IMG/VR virus record: IMGVR_UViG_3300024502_000002
Coordinates: 1-63,641 of that record
DNA length: 63,641 bases
Strand: one strand, 5' to 3'
Source: a virus
Lineage: Duplodnaviria; Caudoviricetes
Shown: one piece after another, positions 45,813 through 56,346 of the stretch
Layout of the letters: each line of letters begins with the position of its first letter
How positions within the stretch are numbered: the first letter of the stretch is position 1
Position numbers and translations under genes: made by a program
Notes under the pieces: model-generated
What the model was told of the DNA's origin: nothing
Databases searched by the model: none
What the model saw: the letters and a program-made list of their open reading frames with translations, nothing else

Positions 45813-46381
45813 GCTTTCTGCCAGCAATGGTCGGGGAATTTTTTAGCCCCGGTATTGTCAATTGCATCCAAAGGCAACTGCACCTTCAGCTTTAAAACAC
45901 ATTTGCACCGAGTGCAGCCTCTTAGCTCATGGTCCCGGCTAGTTTCAGGCCATCCTGTGCGCTCGCCCATCCATTTGAGCAGGCTGTGGCAGTTCCAGCA
46001 GATGCCAACGGGTTTGTTGTAGTGACATGAGGCACAAATAGCGGCCCTTCGCTCTGCCTCTTCGTTGCTGACAAATTGAGCGCCGCCAGCAATCCACTTG
46101 GTCACGCTTGCCCCAAAACGGTAGGCATCCGCCAGCGTCATGTGCTCTTCCGCCTCTCCCTCTTCGCGACACTCGATATGCGGGTTTTGCTCGCACATCT
46201 CATGGATCACGACGGCCTTCCAGTTCTCAGGAGGCTCGATACCATTTGCCTCCCAAGACTTCGCCACCTTTGGAAAGATCGCAAATAGCGACAAGTCCTT
46301 GTGGACGATGCCAGTCCGGCTGTCGGTAAAGACAAATCCCGGCTGCGGAGGTGTGGTATTCTTGTTTACGATGTCTTTCAT
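45809..46381 (-). CDS. Cys-rich hypothetical protein
   Basis: RRAAICASC...CWNC...CTRCKCVLKLKV...HCW. Confidence 0.75.
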   Translation of the reverse strand: MKDIVNKNTTPPQPGFVFTDSRTGIVHKDLSLFAIFPKVAKSWEANGIEPPENWKAVVIHEMCEQNPHIECREEGEAEEHMTLADAYRFGASVTKWIAGGAQFVSNEEAERRAAICASCHYNKPVGICWNCHSLLKWMGERTGWPETSRDHELRGCTRCKCVLKLKVQLPLDAIDNTGAKKFPDHCWQKA

Positions 46382-49300
46382 CGGACGATCTTCTTCAGCG
46401 CACGGTCACGCACTTCATCCGCCTTGTCCATCAGGAAGGCTCGGGCGCGTTCTGTCGGCATCTGTTCAAGCCTGCTACCATAGCGAAGGAGCATCTGCCT
46501 GTATCCTTTGCCAGTTTCCAGCGAGTAGGCATCAGCCTCTTCCTGCGTCAGCTTGCGCTTGTTGCGTCCTTTACCCACCATGCGGTGCTCGGCATTGGCG
46601 GGAGTAAGCCAGATTCCACGGCTGTTCAGCTTGCCAAGGGTGCGGTATTCAGGTTCGGTTTCAAGCTCCATGAACTCACGCGATCCGGGCCAGACCTTGC
46701 GCTCAATCTGCTTGCCAAGGATGTCGTAGTATTCCTTACCTGAGTAGCGGCGGTAAACCGGGATATGAGACGCCGTTTGCTCCCAAAGTGACTCGTATTT
46801 ACGCAGCCCCGGATCAGTCATAAAGTCGATGTCCTTTAGGATGCGAGGAACAAAGCCACCGCCCCATCCGGCCATCACCTTAGCGAAACGGTCAAGACGT
46901 TTCTCGTTCGGGTCTTTGGAGGAAAGGTTGTTGCCAAAGAGGGTCTGGAAGCCGGAGAGAGCGGGAATTTCACCGGCAGAAAACACGCCAGATGCAGCAG
47001 CAGAAACCAATCGGTCAGTAATAGACTTCTCGTTCCATTGCTCGGGCGAGTGGCGAACAAGGTCGGACAGACTTCCAATGGCGGCAAATACCGATGACGG
47101 GGGCCAGTTTTGGTAGTTGAATGCAACCACGCCGGGGATGCCAATAGTGTATTCCTTCTGACCGGATGCGAGTTTTTGCTGCTTTTGATCTGGCGTTAGA
47201 TTTGCCCATCCGCCATTCCAGAAAAATCCACGCTTCTCATCATCTGGCTCGTCCATGATGGCTTTAATTGCCATTCCACCGATTATAGCAAAGAGAAGGC
47301 CAGCCGTCTGATTACGCAGAATCATGTCGGTGAAGGCTTCTTTGGCCTCAATCTTGGAGTCTTTGACCGTCGCCTCATACATGCGGAACATGCCAATACC
47401 CGGAATGAAGCTCAGACCTTGGTTGAACTTGTTTCCAGCGAAGCGGGCAAAGCGAAGGCCAGCCAAATTCGCGCTGTTGTAGGCTATAAACTGACGAATG
47501 TAAGCGAATGCAAGCTGAAGACCTTTGGCTGTCTTGTCTGCGCCATCAACCTGATTCCACTCGCGTTGAGCATCTGCGAGGAATTTGTCTGCCTTGGTGG
47601 TGGCACCTCCTGTGAAGTATTTTATGCCCGAGTAGATCGCTCCACCAACGCCAGTCGGATCAAGCGTCATGGCTCCGTTTTGAGCGATGAAATCGGCATT
47701 CTCGCTGAATTTTCCGAACTCTTGCAAATCGGCCATCATTCGAGCCTTGGCGTAGGAGTCAACAAGCGCCTTTTCATGCTGATTGGTTGGCTGCTTATTG
47801 TTGAAATCCTCTTGGATAGCCTTCTCGCGGTAGAGCTTGAGGTTATACTTCTCGGCTGCTCGCTGCAAATCCTCGCCGCTCAGGTTAAGTTGGCGGAAAA
47901 CGATTGGCAAAGCTCCAGCCTTTGTGACTCCAGTGTTGAAGTTGTCGAGGGCGCTAAGCAAACGGCTCACGGAACGCATCCAGATACCCATTACCTTCTC
48001 CAACACCTTGTCCGACTTTGCCATCTTTTCAGCGAGTGAAACGGTCTTGCCGATGCTTTCGTAGTTCAGGTCGTTTCTGAAATTATGAAGCGATGGGTCA
48101 AGCAACGCCCTGTCTCCAGTAACAAGATACTGCCACGCCAGACGACCTTCACGACCGAAGGCCTTCAAGAACTCATACATCGCCTTGAACGAGGCCTCAA
48201 TTTCAGCCGGAACCTCCTTCGGATTGGTGAATCCAGCTCGGAGGACGCGGAATACTCCGACGGTAAGCTCGAAGCCACCGTTCGCCACAGCCATCGCAAT
48301 AGATGCTGCGGTGTTTAAACCTGAAAGAACAGCAGTAACCCATAGATCGGCGAGCCATTTTACAAAAGGAATCTTCGTTGATGCGCTCAGAGCCTCAAGA
48401 AGTTCATAGCCAGCCTTGTTGCGCTTCACCTCGTTGAGCTTGTCGTCCTGAAGGATGTCGAGCAGGCGGTCGATGTTGGCCCGCTCGGCTTCGGTGAACT
48501 CGGACTTGATGCCAAACTTGTCCGCGAGGTGCTTCATCAGGCGGTCTTCATCAAGGATGCCAAGGTTGATGTCCTCGACCAGCTTTTGACGCTGTGAACG
48601 GAGGGCATCTGCGCCTTCTTTGGTGAGGCGTCCAGCGGCTTGTTCCTGATTGATGGCGTTATCCACCATGCGGTCCAAGATCGCCTTCCGCTTGGATTCC
48701 CATGCCTGCGTGAACAGGTCTGCGAGTTTGTTTCTCTGAGCGTCATCAAGGTTAGCCAAAGATTCCTCGGAGGAAATTGCGTCAAAGATGCGCTGGCGGT
48801 AAATCTCGACGGTGGAGGCTTTTTGAGAGAGCAGCTTGCGCCAAGGGATTTGCTTTTTAAGCGGAGCTTTCTCGCCGGGACGCGCTTGATTGATGGCGCG
48901 AATCATCTCAGCCAATGCGGATTCTCCTTCGAGCTTGGAAACATCCAGAGACTTGCCCTGTTCCGCACGTTTCTTGGCCGTGGCGACCATCTTTTCGCGC
49001 TTCTTGCGGGTGGCTGGAGTCTTGGTGAACTCGTCAAAAACACCAGCCATTTCCTTGTCGATGCCAGCGATGAACTTAACCAGCTCTTCCTCCGACATTT
49101 GCGAGATGGCATTCCGCTCCTCGCTGGAAATGGAGGCTTTTGCCTTATTGCCAGCACGCAAGGCATTTAAAGCCCTCATGGCAATGCCACGCTTACGAAT
49201 CAGGTCTTTGAATTTCTCCCAAAGGGTTTTGCCCTTTTGATCCAGAGTTGCCTCACCTTCGGCAAGATCAATCGCGTCCTGATTATCTTCCAAATCATCC

Positions 49301-52300
49301 GCCACCTGCTCACCAGCATCTTCGCCAGCCTTAGCGTCGGTCTTTTGCAAGGTTTCGGCAGTCTGTGGCAGATCGGAGGCAACTCGGGTGGCTGCCAGCT
49401 TGCCTTCCTTCTCTAGGTTTTCGTTCGCCCTGTCGAAGATGAACATCCAGCTAAACTCGGGGCTTTTAGTGATGTAGCTGCGAATACCTTGAGCACGGCC
49501 TGAGTTGGTCCCCAAGTTCTGCCAGTAACCAGCCAGCTTGCGATCCAGCTTTTGAAGTTTGACTTGGCGAGCGCCAGTTGTGCCCCTGTCTCGGGACTGT
49601 TTAGAAACGCGATCCTTGACCACGGCAACAAGCATGACCAAGGCTGGCATGTTGTTTTTGATGCCAATTTTCTGAAGGAAGTCTTCCGAAAATAGAGATT
49701 CGCCGATGCTCTCAATCGAGTTCCCTTCGTCTATGAGCTTGTTGACGAAATCATTGGCGACCTGTTTGTAGAATTTGCTGGGCTTAACGGTGTAGATTTC
49801 AGCGTCAGCGCCTTCCATTGGCCTAGCCTTGGAGAATGCGTTGAGAGAGTTGCTCTCAATCGCCTCAATCCCTTCTTGGAAGTTCTTTACAGCCTCACCT
49901 TCCGTCTCAACCCGCGAGGCCACAGCACGCTTCGGCATGATGACGGCGAATCCAGCGCGACGGCCTTCGGGGGTGAAGACGTCGAAAGCAGACTCACCCT
50001 CCTGCAACACTGCCCCATTGTCCTCGTAAAGGTCTTGAAGGATGTTGCCGAACTCGTTCTCAGTCATGTCAGGCGCAAGCTCCTTGGCCTTCGCGTAAAG
50101 ATCATCCAAAGGCATCGCCACGCCAGCCTCGGTGTTTGACTGCTCATAGGCACGCCGGATGGCATCGCGCATCTCGATGATGCGGTCGTCGTAAACGGTG
50201 TCTCGTGCAAGCTGTGCGCCTGCGCTGGATGCGGCGGAGTAGTCGGAGGCGTATTCTACTCGGGAGAAACCAGCATTAGATGATATTACTTTTTTGATTT
50301 TACCAGCCAACGATCTAGCCGCTTTTCGGGCTTTTGTTACATCTGATGAACTAGCGCCATTGCTCTTATAGTCATCTATCATGTCCTCCATCTGCTCGGA
50401 TAAGCGATAGTAAGCATCTTCAGCAAAATCATCACCAATGATAATGAGTTCATTCCCCTGAATAAACGGCAATTCAACTTCCGAAACCTCACGATCCAAA
50501 ACTTCAGACATTGCATAAGTGTCACTCATTGGGCCGCCAATAAGCCATGCAGCAAAATCTATCTCGGATGGAGACAAGCTAACAACATACCTTTTGTCAT
50601 CGGAAAGGCTCAACTTCACCTCGCCACCATCCTTCGTCGTGAAGCTAGGAACAGTAGTCCGGCGCATGGCGTTTCGCAGCAGGCGAACCACGTCCTTCAT
50701 GTCTTGAAGCGTAGGATCACCTTTGCGTCCGGTCAGACGACGCCAGACGCGCTTCAGGAATTGAACGATGTCGTCCCAAATGCCCCCGGTGGGTATTTTT
50801 ACAAGACGCTCGAACTTCTTCTGGAAAATCTCCTCCAAGGCTTCATTGCGGCTGACTGGGTTGGTTCTCCAATCGGCAAATTCAGTGTAGAGGCGAACGA
50901 GGTTGTCGATTTCCTCGGTGGTGTAGGTGCGATTAACGAAGCTGCGGAACTCGCGCAATTCCCAAGGCTCAAACAAATCAACTCCGCGATGACCGTTTTC
51001 ATGGGCAATGACGCGACGTGCTGCGGCTTGCTCTGCGGAAATGCCGCGAGCTTCTGCAATACCTCGGTCCAAGTCAGAAACGCCAACATTGCTGGCGAAA
51101 ACAAAGGTGGTCTTGTCGGCATACAATCCCTCTACATTCGGCTCAGCCATGATGCGTGCATAGGCGGCTGGAAAATAACGCTGATTTGAGCGGTCAGCCA
51201 AGAACGCTTCCGGTGAGGCATAGATTCGAGTCAGGATGGCATTCGGAATCTCGCCGGAGTTTTGCAACTGGCGACGTGCGGACTCGACAATGGCTGTGGT
51301 AACTTTGTCGTATTCGATGTTTGTCTTTGCTGGATCAATGACAGACTTCCTAGCTCGCCTTACTTTTTGACCATCCTTGATTTCCTCAGCCTCACGATCC
51401 CTGTCCTCCTTGGTAATAGCGTCATTTTCCTTAGTTGACGGCTGCGTTTCTTGTGTTTCACTTGGCGTAACCTCGGGAATCGACCCTCCCGAGGGCTGAC
51501 GTTCAGTAACACCGGCTGCCCCAGCCCCTTTTCGCGAGGGGGCTGGGGTTTGTTTTTCGGCTGCTGTGGTTTGTTGGGAAGATGGATATGCCGCGTCGAG
51601 GAAGTCTTTGAAGGCTTTTTGAGATGCCTTGAGTCCAACTGGAAGTGCTTTGCCGGTCCACTCTTTCCAGACTTTGCGAGAAACCTTGTTGTCGGGATGA
51701 AGAAGATCGGTCCACTGCTTATTCTGAATGGCAGACATCAGAGCCTCGCCATTTTTTGCGGCTATCTCGGGGCGAATATCCTCACCCTCGTAAATTTGGG
51801 CAAACCTTTCGGCCTTGGGTGCCCAGTTGGGCTTAACGCCGCGTGCCTGCTCAAGCTCTTGCCTTGCAAGGTCGAGAGTAGTTGGCTTTTCCCCCGAAAC
51901 AGGTCCGGGGGCGGTCGCTTTCACGGCCTGTGCAGCGGGAGGTGCTGCCTGAACTGGTTCGTCAGTTGCCCCCGGTTGAAATACATAGAGGTCGCCAGCT
52001 TCATTTAAAACATATCCAGCTGGTAATCCCAATGCTGACCGTTGAAGGTTTTTTAATTTTTCCTTCGCCTTGGATAGTCTGGCGCTTTTACGACTGCCGG
52101 GAGATTCTGGCTCATTCTCAATGCTAGAAATTTCATTCTGAACATCAGAAATCTTTTCGTAATGGTTGCGAACCTCGGCTTCAAAAAGAGAAACCGAAAC
52201 GGGTTCATTTTTTGAAAATGCCGCCGAGATAACATCTCGCTTTCCAGCACGCATTGGAGCTGGTTTTCCAGTTCTGAGATACTCTTCTCGTCCAGATTCA

Positions 52301-54462
52301 AATACAAACTTATCAAACTCATCCGGCGTCATCTGCTCCGGCTTCGTAGCATCCCGCTCGGTGCCCACGTCTCGCGACGTTGGCGTGCCTTCGGTAGCGA
52401 GCGTCGGCGTCCCGGATGGGGTGATTACTTCTTCTTCGCGGCCTTCTGCGGCAACTTCTTCAGGCTGGGCGTTTCCTTCGCCCATTCCCGGCAGTTCCAT
52501 TTCGGGTCTTTCTTCGCGAAGCAGGCTTTGACTTGGGATTTGCTTTTGAACGGCATTTTCTTGTGGGGTTTGTTGTGGAATCGCGGCTTGAAGGCCGGGG
52601 GAAATTCGCCCCCCACCGCTCAGTTTGGCGGCGGCTTCGGCGGCCATAGCGGTGATACCGGGGAATTGATTTGAAATAGTTGCTGCCTGAACTGGCGTCC
52701 CAGCGGGGGCTTCTTGATCCACGACGGACTGCATTTCCGTCTCAGGCAGCGAAGGTGTTACTGAGGAGATTTGCGACAAGGAAGTCGGAACATAATCAAT
52801 GATTGGATAGTTTTTGACTCCAGATTTCTTCCATCGTTGAAGATCGCCAATGGGATTGTTAATATCTACATCCTTTCCAATCCTTCTTAGAGCTTGCCTG
52901 TAAGCTGCAAACCTCCCCAGCACAAGATTGCCATTCTCATCAAGAAAACCGCCAAAGAACGGTCTATTTTCATTGACTGCTTGTTGTGCGTTTTTCGCAA
53001 TAGATTCAGCCATCCCTTTCGGTTGAGTTGACAACCAAGTATCCGCCACCTCGTCCACATCATAGTCGGAAATGGATGATGTTGGCTCAATGCCGGTTAC
53101 TTCCGGTTCAACCGCTTCAGCCGTTTTGACAGGCGAAACTGCTGGCTCGGTTGATTTAACGATTCCCTCGACGACTTTGGTAAACTTATCTTCGGCTTCG
53201 GCTGCGAGTGGGCTGTCGGCATTGTTGAGGTCATTGGCGGCTGCGCTGGACAATTTAACAGCCACTTCTTCCGGTCGAAACATGTATTGAGCACCTTCGA
53301 CCGTTTTGGTGGCAGCAGCCATTGGCAGAGAGAGCGCTGCATCACCAAGCATTTCCATGAATGCTTCCTTGGTGCTGATGTCCTGACCAGCGGCAGCTTG
53401 AGCGGCGATTTCACCGACACCGGCAGAACCCGTGTCAATAGCAGCCGCGCCAGTCAAACGGGCAATGTTCCCTGCGGAAGAGAACTGGCTTTTGGCGGCT
53501 TCGGCAGCGGCCTTTGTGGTGGCTTTCAAAGCAGGGTCAAGCAACGCCTGATCCACAGCTTCCTTGGAGGCGACATCCACGCCAGCGGCAACCAGTTCCT
53601 TTTGAACAGCACGGGCTGCGGCACGCTCAGGCATGGTCAGCAGACGACCAGAACCCTTGACCCCAAGAGCCTCAATCGCTCCGATGACAGAGCCTCGAAT
53701 GGCTCCGGTCTTCATGCCCTCGTCAACAACATCGGGATTCTGTTGAAGGTAAGCGGAAATCTCATCCGCCGTCATGTTGGATGCGGCCCCTTGGGTGCGC
53801 TCGTTCAGCACGTCAAAGATGGCAGGACCAGCCTCCATGAGGGTATTTGACACCGCTCCGCCAGCCATAGCACCAGCGATGCCTGTCAGAATGGCTCCGG
53901 GGCCGGTTTCGATGCCAGCCGCGCCACCAACAAGACCACCAAGGCCGTAACCAGCCAGAGAGGTAGCGCCACTGATGAGAGCGTTTGGCGCGGATTGAAC
54001 AGCGGTTTTGAATGCCGCTCCCGGTTGAGCCAAGACGGCAGCCGGGTATTCAGCCAGAGCGCCAATGGTTTCCAGCGGGCCGCTGGCCTTGTCGAAACTC
54101 TTTTCGGCCTCATCAAGACCGCGCATAAATGCCACGTCCTCGGGGGTTTGCAGAGCTTGCTGCTCACGTTGCAGCTTGGACATTTCCGCCATTTCAGCGG
54201 CCACATCCGGCATATCTCCGGTCAACGCATTGAAGGTAGCGCCCACACCGGATTTCATCTGCCGGTAGCCAAGACCCAAAGCGGAACCAAGTTGAGACAG
54301 GTATCCGGGCGTCTCTTGTTCCGGTGCTGGAGCGGCCTGCGCTTTCTGGCTCAGAATTTGCTGAACGGCATCGTCGTAATCCTGTTGGCTAGGCTCACCT
54401 TCCGTGTTGAAGGTCACGGGGTATTCAAGACCGTCAACGGTGATGGGGACTTGCCAAGGCAT
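46378..54462 (-). CDS. Giant internal virion / DNA-ejection-type protein (2694 aa)
   Basis: G/A-rich hydrophobic N-terminal helices, IAHENGH zincin-like motif, helical C-terminus; last of a set of internal-protein genes. Confidence 0.75.
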   Translation of the reverse strand: MPWQVPITVDGLEYPVTFNTEGEPSQQDYDDAVQQILSQKAQAAPAPEQETPGYLSQLGSALGLGYRQMKSGVGATFNALTGDMPDVAAEMAEMSKLQREQQALQTPEDVAFMRGLDEAEKSFDKASGPLETIGALAEYPAAVLAQPGAAFKTAVQSAPNALISGATSLAGYGLGGLVGGAAGIETGPGAILTGIAGAMAGGAVSNTLMEAGPAIFDVLNERTQGAASNMTADEISAYLQQNPDVVDEGMKTGAIRGSVIGAIEALGVKGSGRLLTMPERAAARAVQKELVAAGVDVASKEAVDQALLDPALKATTKAAAEAAKSQFSSAGNIARLTGAAAIDTGSAGVGEIAAQAAAGQDISTKEAFMEMLGDAALSLPMAAATKTVEGAQYMFRPEEVAVKLSSAAANDLNNADSPLAAEAEDKFTKVVEGIVKSTEPAVSPVKTAEAVEPEVTGIEPTSSISDYDVDEVADTWLSTQPKGMAESIAKNAQQAVNENRPFFGGFLDENGNLVLGRFAAYRQALRRIGKDVDINNPIGDLQRWKKSGVKNYPIIDYVPTSLSQISSVTPSLPETEMQSVVDQEAPAGTPVQAATISNQFPGITAMAAEAAAKLSGGGRISPGLQAAIPQQTPQENAVQKQIPSQSLLREERPEMELPGMGEGNAQPEEVAAEGREEEVITPSGTPTLATEGTPTSRDVGTERDATKPEQMTPDEFDKFVFESGREEYLRTGKPAPMRAGKRDVISAAFSKNEPVSVSLFEAEVRNHYEKISDVQNEISSIENEPESPGSRKSARLSKAKEKLKNLQRSALGLPAGYVLNEAGDLYVFQPGATDEPVQAAPPAAQAVKATAPGPVSGEKPTTLDLARQELEQARGVKPNWAPKAERFAQIYEGEDIRPEIAAKNGEALMSAIQNKQWTDLLHPDNKVSRKVWKEWTGKALPVGLKASQKAFKDFLDAAYPSSQQTTAAEKQTPAPSRKGAGAAGVTERQPSGGSIPEVTPSETQETQPSTKENDAITKEDRDREAEEIKDGQKVRRARKSVIDPAKTNIEYDKVTTAIVESARRQLQNSGEIPNAILTRIYASPEAFLADRSNQRYFPAAYARIMAEPNVEGLYADKTTFVFASNVGVSDLDRGIAEARGISAEQAAARRVIAHENGHRGVDLFEPWELREFRSFVNRTYTTEEIDNLVRLYTEFADWRTNPVSRNEALEEIFQKKFERLVKIPTGGIWDDIVQFLKRVWRRLTGRKGDPTLQDMKDVVRLLRNAMRRTTVPSFTTKDGGEVKLSLSDDKRYVVSLSPSEIDFAAWLIGGPMSDTYAMSEVLDREVSEVELPFIQGNELIIIGDDFAEDAYYRLSEQMEDMIDDYKSNGASSSDVTKARKAARSLAGKIKKVISSNAGFSRVEYASDYSAASSAGAQLARDTVYDDRIIEMRDAIRRAYEQSNTEAGVAMPLDDLYAKAKELAPDMTENEFGNILQDLYEDNGAVLQEGESAFDVFTPEGRRAGFAVIMPKRAVASRVETEGEAVKNFQEGIEAIESNSLNAFSKARPMEGADAEIYTVKPSKFYKQVANDFVNKLIDEGNSIESIGESLFSEDFLQKIGIKNNMPALVMLVAVVKDRVSKQSRDRGTTGARQVKLQKLDRKLAGYWQNLGTNSGRAQGIRSYITKSPEFSWMFIFDRANENLEKEGKLAATRVASDLPQTAETLQKTDAKAGEDAGEQVADDLEDNQDAIDLAEGEATLDQKGKTLWEKFKDLIRKRGIAMRALNALRAGNKAKASISSEERNAISQMSEEELVKFIAGIDKEMAGVFDEFTKTPATRKKREKMVATAKKRAEQGKSLDVSKLEGESALAEMIRAINQARPGEKAPLKKQIPWRKLLSQKASTVEIYRQRIFDAISSEESLANLDDAQRNKLADLFTQAWESKRKAILDRMVDNAINQEQAAGRLTKEGADALRSQRQKLVEDINLGILDEDRLMKHLADKFGIKSEFTEAERANIDRLLDILQDDKLNEVKRNKAGYELLEALSASTKIPFVKWLADLWVTAVLSGLNTAASIAMAVANGGFELTVGVFRVLRAGFTNPKEVPAEIEASFKAMYEFLKAFGREGRLAWQYLVTGDRALLDPSLHNFRNDLNYESIGKTVSLAEKMAKSDKVLEKVMGIWMRSVSRLLSALDNFNTGVTKAGALPIVFRQLNLSGEDLQRAAEKYNLKLYREKAIQEDFNNKQPTNQHEKALVDSYAKARMMADLQEFGKFSENADFIAQNGAMTLDPTGVGGAIYSGIKYFTGGATTKADKFLADAQREWNQVDGADKTAKGLQLAFAYIRQFIAYNSANLAGLRFARFAGNKFNQGLSFIPGIGMFRMYEATVKDSKIEAKEAFTDMILRNQTAGLLFAIIGGMAIKAIMDEPDDEKRGFFWNGGWANLTPDQKQQKLASGQKEYTIGIPGVVAFNYQNWPPSSVFAAIGSLSDLVRHSPEQWNEKSITDRLVSAAASGVFSAGEIPALSGFQTLFGNNLSSKDPNEKRLDRFAKVMAGWGGGFVPRILKDIDFMTDPGLRKYESLWEQTASHIPVYRRYSGKEYYDILGKQIERKVWPGSREFMELETEPEYRTLGKLNSRGIWLTPANAEHRMVGKGRNKRKLTQEEADAYSLETGKGYRQMLLRYGSRLEQMPTERARAFLMDKADEVRDRALKKIVR
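52425..52556 (-). CDS. Nested 43-aa basic protein MPFKSK...
   Basis: MPFKSKSQVKACFAKKDPKWNCREWAKETPSLKKLPQKAAKKK in an alternative frame of the giant gene. Confidence 0.7.
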   Translation of the reverse strand: MPFKSKSQVKACFAKKDPKWNCREWAKETPSLKKLPQKAAKKK

Positions 54463-54465
54463 GGT

Positions 54466-55377
54466 TTACTGCGGAATTTGAATTGGGGTGCCGATGATGA
54501 TTTTCGGCTTCTTTTCAAAGCTAGCATCTGCCGGAATTGGAGCAACTGGCTTTTGAATTGGGATGCTTGGTTGTGCTAAATTAGGTGCCTGTCCACCGCC
54601 AAATCGCTGCAAAATGTTCTGGCGGATGAGGTTTTTCTTTTCGGCGACATCCATCGCTATTTCAATAGGGTCAATAACCCCATCGGGAGGCATGTAGTTT
54701 TCATCAAAACCAGACCAAGCCTGCTGAACCAGCTTGTCCGTGAAGTCGTCGCCCGTCAGAGGCTTTTTATGTTGCAAAACCATTTCCTCAAACTCAATGG
54801 GCGAATAGCTCTTGGAGCGGTCGATCTTGGCAAGAGGAATGCCAGCCTTGACGAGTTCGCCATGCTGTTTCTCGCGTTCTTCATCTAGTTGCACCTGCGT
54901 CATTGCGCCAAGGGGATCGTTGGCAAATTGAGGCGTCTGGATGAGGCTGAAGAACTTCTCCCGGCTTTGTGGGGCAAGGCTTTTTGCCAAGCTGGGAGCA
55001 AGAGTGGAAGTGGCTTTCGACGGCTGAACCATCTGTGCCATGTTCGCAAACTGGTTGAAATTGCGGCTCAAGACCAGCCCGGGGCGCTGTTTGAACACAT
55101 TTCCGATGTCAGCACCAGCTTCAATGTCGGCAATCGCGGCATCTTCGGCCTCCATCACACGGCGCTGACGGTCCATCTGCGCCTGCTGATCGGCTAAGGC
55201 TTGCTCCTGCATCAGCGTCTCTTGTTCGGAAACGGCATTTTGACGCACCATTGGGTTCAGATTGCGACGTTCTTCATAGATCGGAGTCTCGAAAAAGGTC
55301 GCTGGTGGCAGGCTGCTACGACGTGGAAGTCCCATGCCGAAAACGCGAGAAGCAGGTGTTTGTTTGAAGTCAGCCAT
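54466..55377 (-). CDS. Putative internal virion protein
   Basis: Q/A-rich helical protein; likely start MADFKQ. Confidence 0.6.
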   Translation of the reverse strand: MADFKQTPASRVFGMGLPRRSSLPPATFFETPIYEERRNLNPMVRQNAVSEQETLMQEQALADQQAQMDRQRRVMEAEDAAIADIEAGADIGNVFKQRPGLVLSRNFNQFANMAQMVQPSKATSTLAPSLAKSLAPQSREKFFSLIQTPQFANDPLGAMTQVQLDEEREKQHGELVKAGIPLAKIDRSKSYSPIEFEEMVLQHKKPLTGDDFTDKLVQQAWSGFDENYMPPDGVIDPIEIAMDVAEKKNLIRQNILQRFGGGQAPNLAQPSIPIQKPVAPIPADASFEKKPKIIIGTPIQIPQ

Positions 55378-55378
55378 A

Positions 55379-56332
55379 TCAGAGAGAAACGAGTCCGGGT
55401 TGTGTCCATCCTGTGCCGAAGCATCCACCCATCACACCCCAGTTGATGAACGAGGTGGAAGGAATACCGCCTCCACGGGAGTATTTAGCCTCTTGATTCA
55501 GGAGATTCAGGCATCGCGCCCAGTTTTCCTCGGCTTTCTGGCTGTCGGAACCGTCCTCAAACTTCCACGCCCAAAAACCGGCACGGAGAGCGGGGATGTT
55601 GCCGGGAATCACCCAATCCGTCTCATTCCGCATACGGATGAACCTGCGTTGACAGATGAGTCGGATGGCGTTTTCAGCCTGACCCGTGCGGTAGCGGCGG
55701 TAACAAGGACGGCTTTCACCGGGGTAGTAGGCTCCAATCAAGGCGTTTCCAGCATCGTAGAGCGACCACGACCGCTGCATCACCGTGGATGGGTCTGGCG
55801 TTGCCTGAATGCCCGTCACCTTGCTAAAGCTGTTGGTGGTATTAACGAATGGAGCTGCGCAAGTCACCAACTCGCCGGGGAGGCCATCGTTGTCGAAAAC
55901 CTCCACGCCGTTGTATTCGCCGAAGATGCGAATCTGCTTGCCGTCATCGGCTGCGTTTGTGGCAACCTTGAGGACGCCATCGGTGGAAATATCCGACTGC
56001 GTGGCGAATCCATCACCCATGTCAATGAGCACGCCGGGCCAGTTTAGCGTATCTTGAATCTCGCCGGGTCCATTGATGGTATAGGTGTGGAACTGCGTGT
56101 AGGTCAACGCAGGCATCCGGTTGTAAGTCATGGCGAGCACCGACTCAAACTCGTAGGGCAGTGTGATGAATCCATCCGATGAGGGGAAATCCACCTCCAA
56201 GATGGCCCCGTTCCATTTGCCGGACTTGGTGATACGCTCGCACACCTCGTTGAGGATTTGAAGGAAACTTGCTTCGCCAAACTGCGGCTCAAGCTGCTGC
56301 CGAACGTCGGCTACTGTGAGTTGGGTGTTCAT
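55379..56332 (-). CDS. Putative head-tail adaptor / tail tubular protein
   Basis: LNEVCERI..G.W...ITLPYEFESV N-terminus and helical C-terminus as in podovirus adaptors. Confidence 0.6.
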   Translation of the reverse strand: MNTQLTVADVRQQLEPQFGEASFLQILNEVCERITKSGKWNGAILEVDFPSSDGFITLPYEFESVLAMTYNRMPALTYTQFHTYTINGPGEIQDTLNWPGVLIDMGDGFATQSDISTDGVLKVATNAADDGKQIRIFGEYNGVEVFDNDGLPGELVTCAAPFVNTTNSFSKVTGIQATPDPSTVMQRSWSLYDAGNALIGAYYPGESRPCYRRYRTGQAENAIRLICQRRFIRMRNETDWVIPGNIPALRAGFWAWKFEDGSDSQKAEENWARCLNLLNQEAKYSRGGGIPSTSFINWGVMGGCFGTGWTQPGLVSL

Positions 56333-56346
56333 CTCGGGTTTGTGAA

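Noticed and set aside
51360-51425. Second nested peptide MTLLPRRTG...KK in the giant gene
   Set aside because: Only 21 aa and no recognisable family
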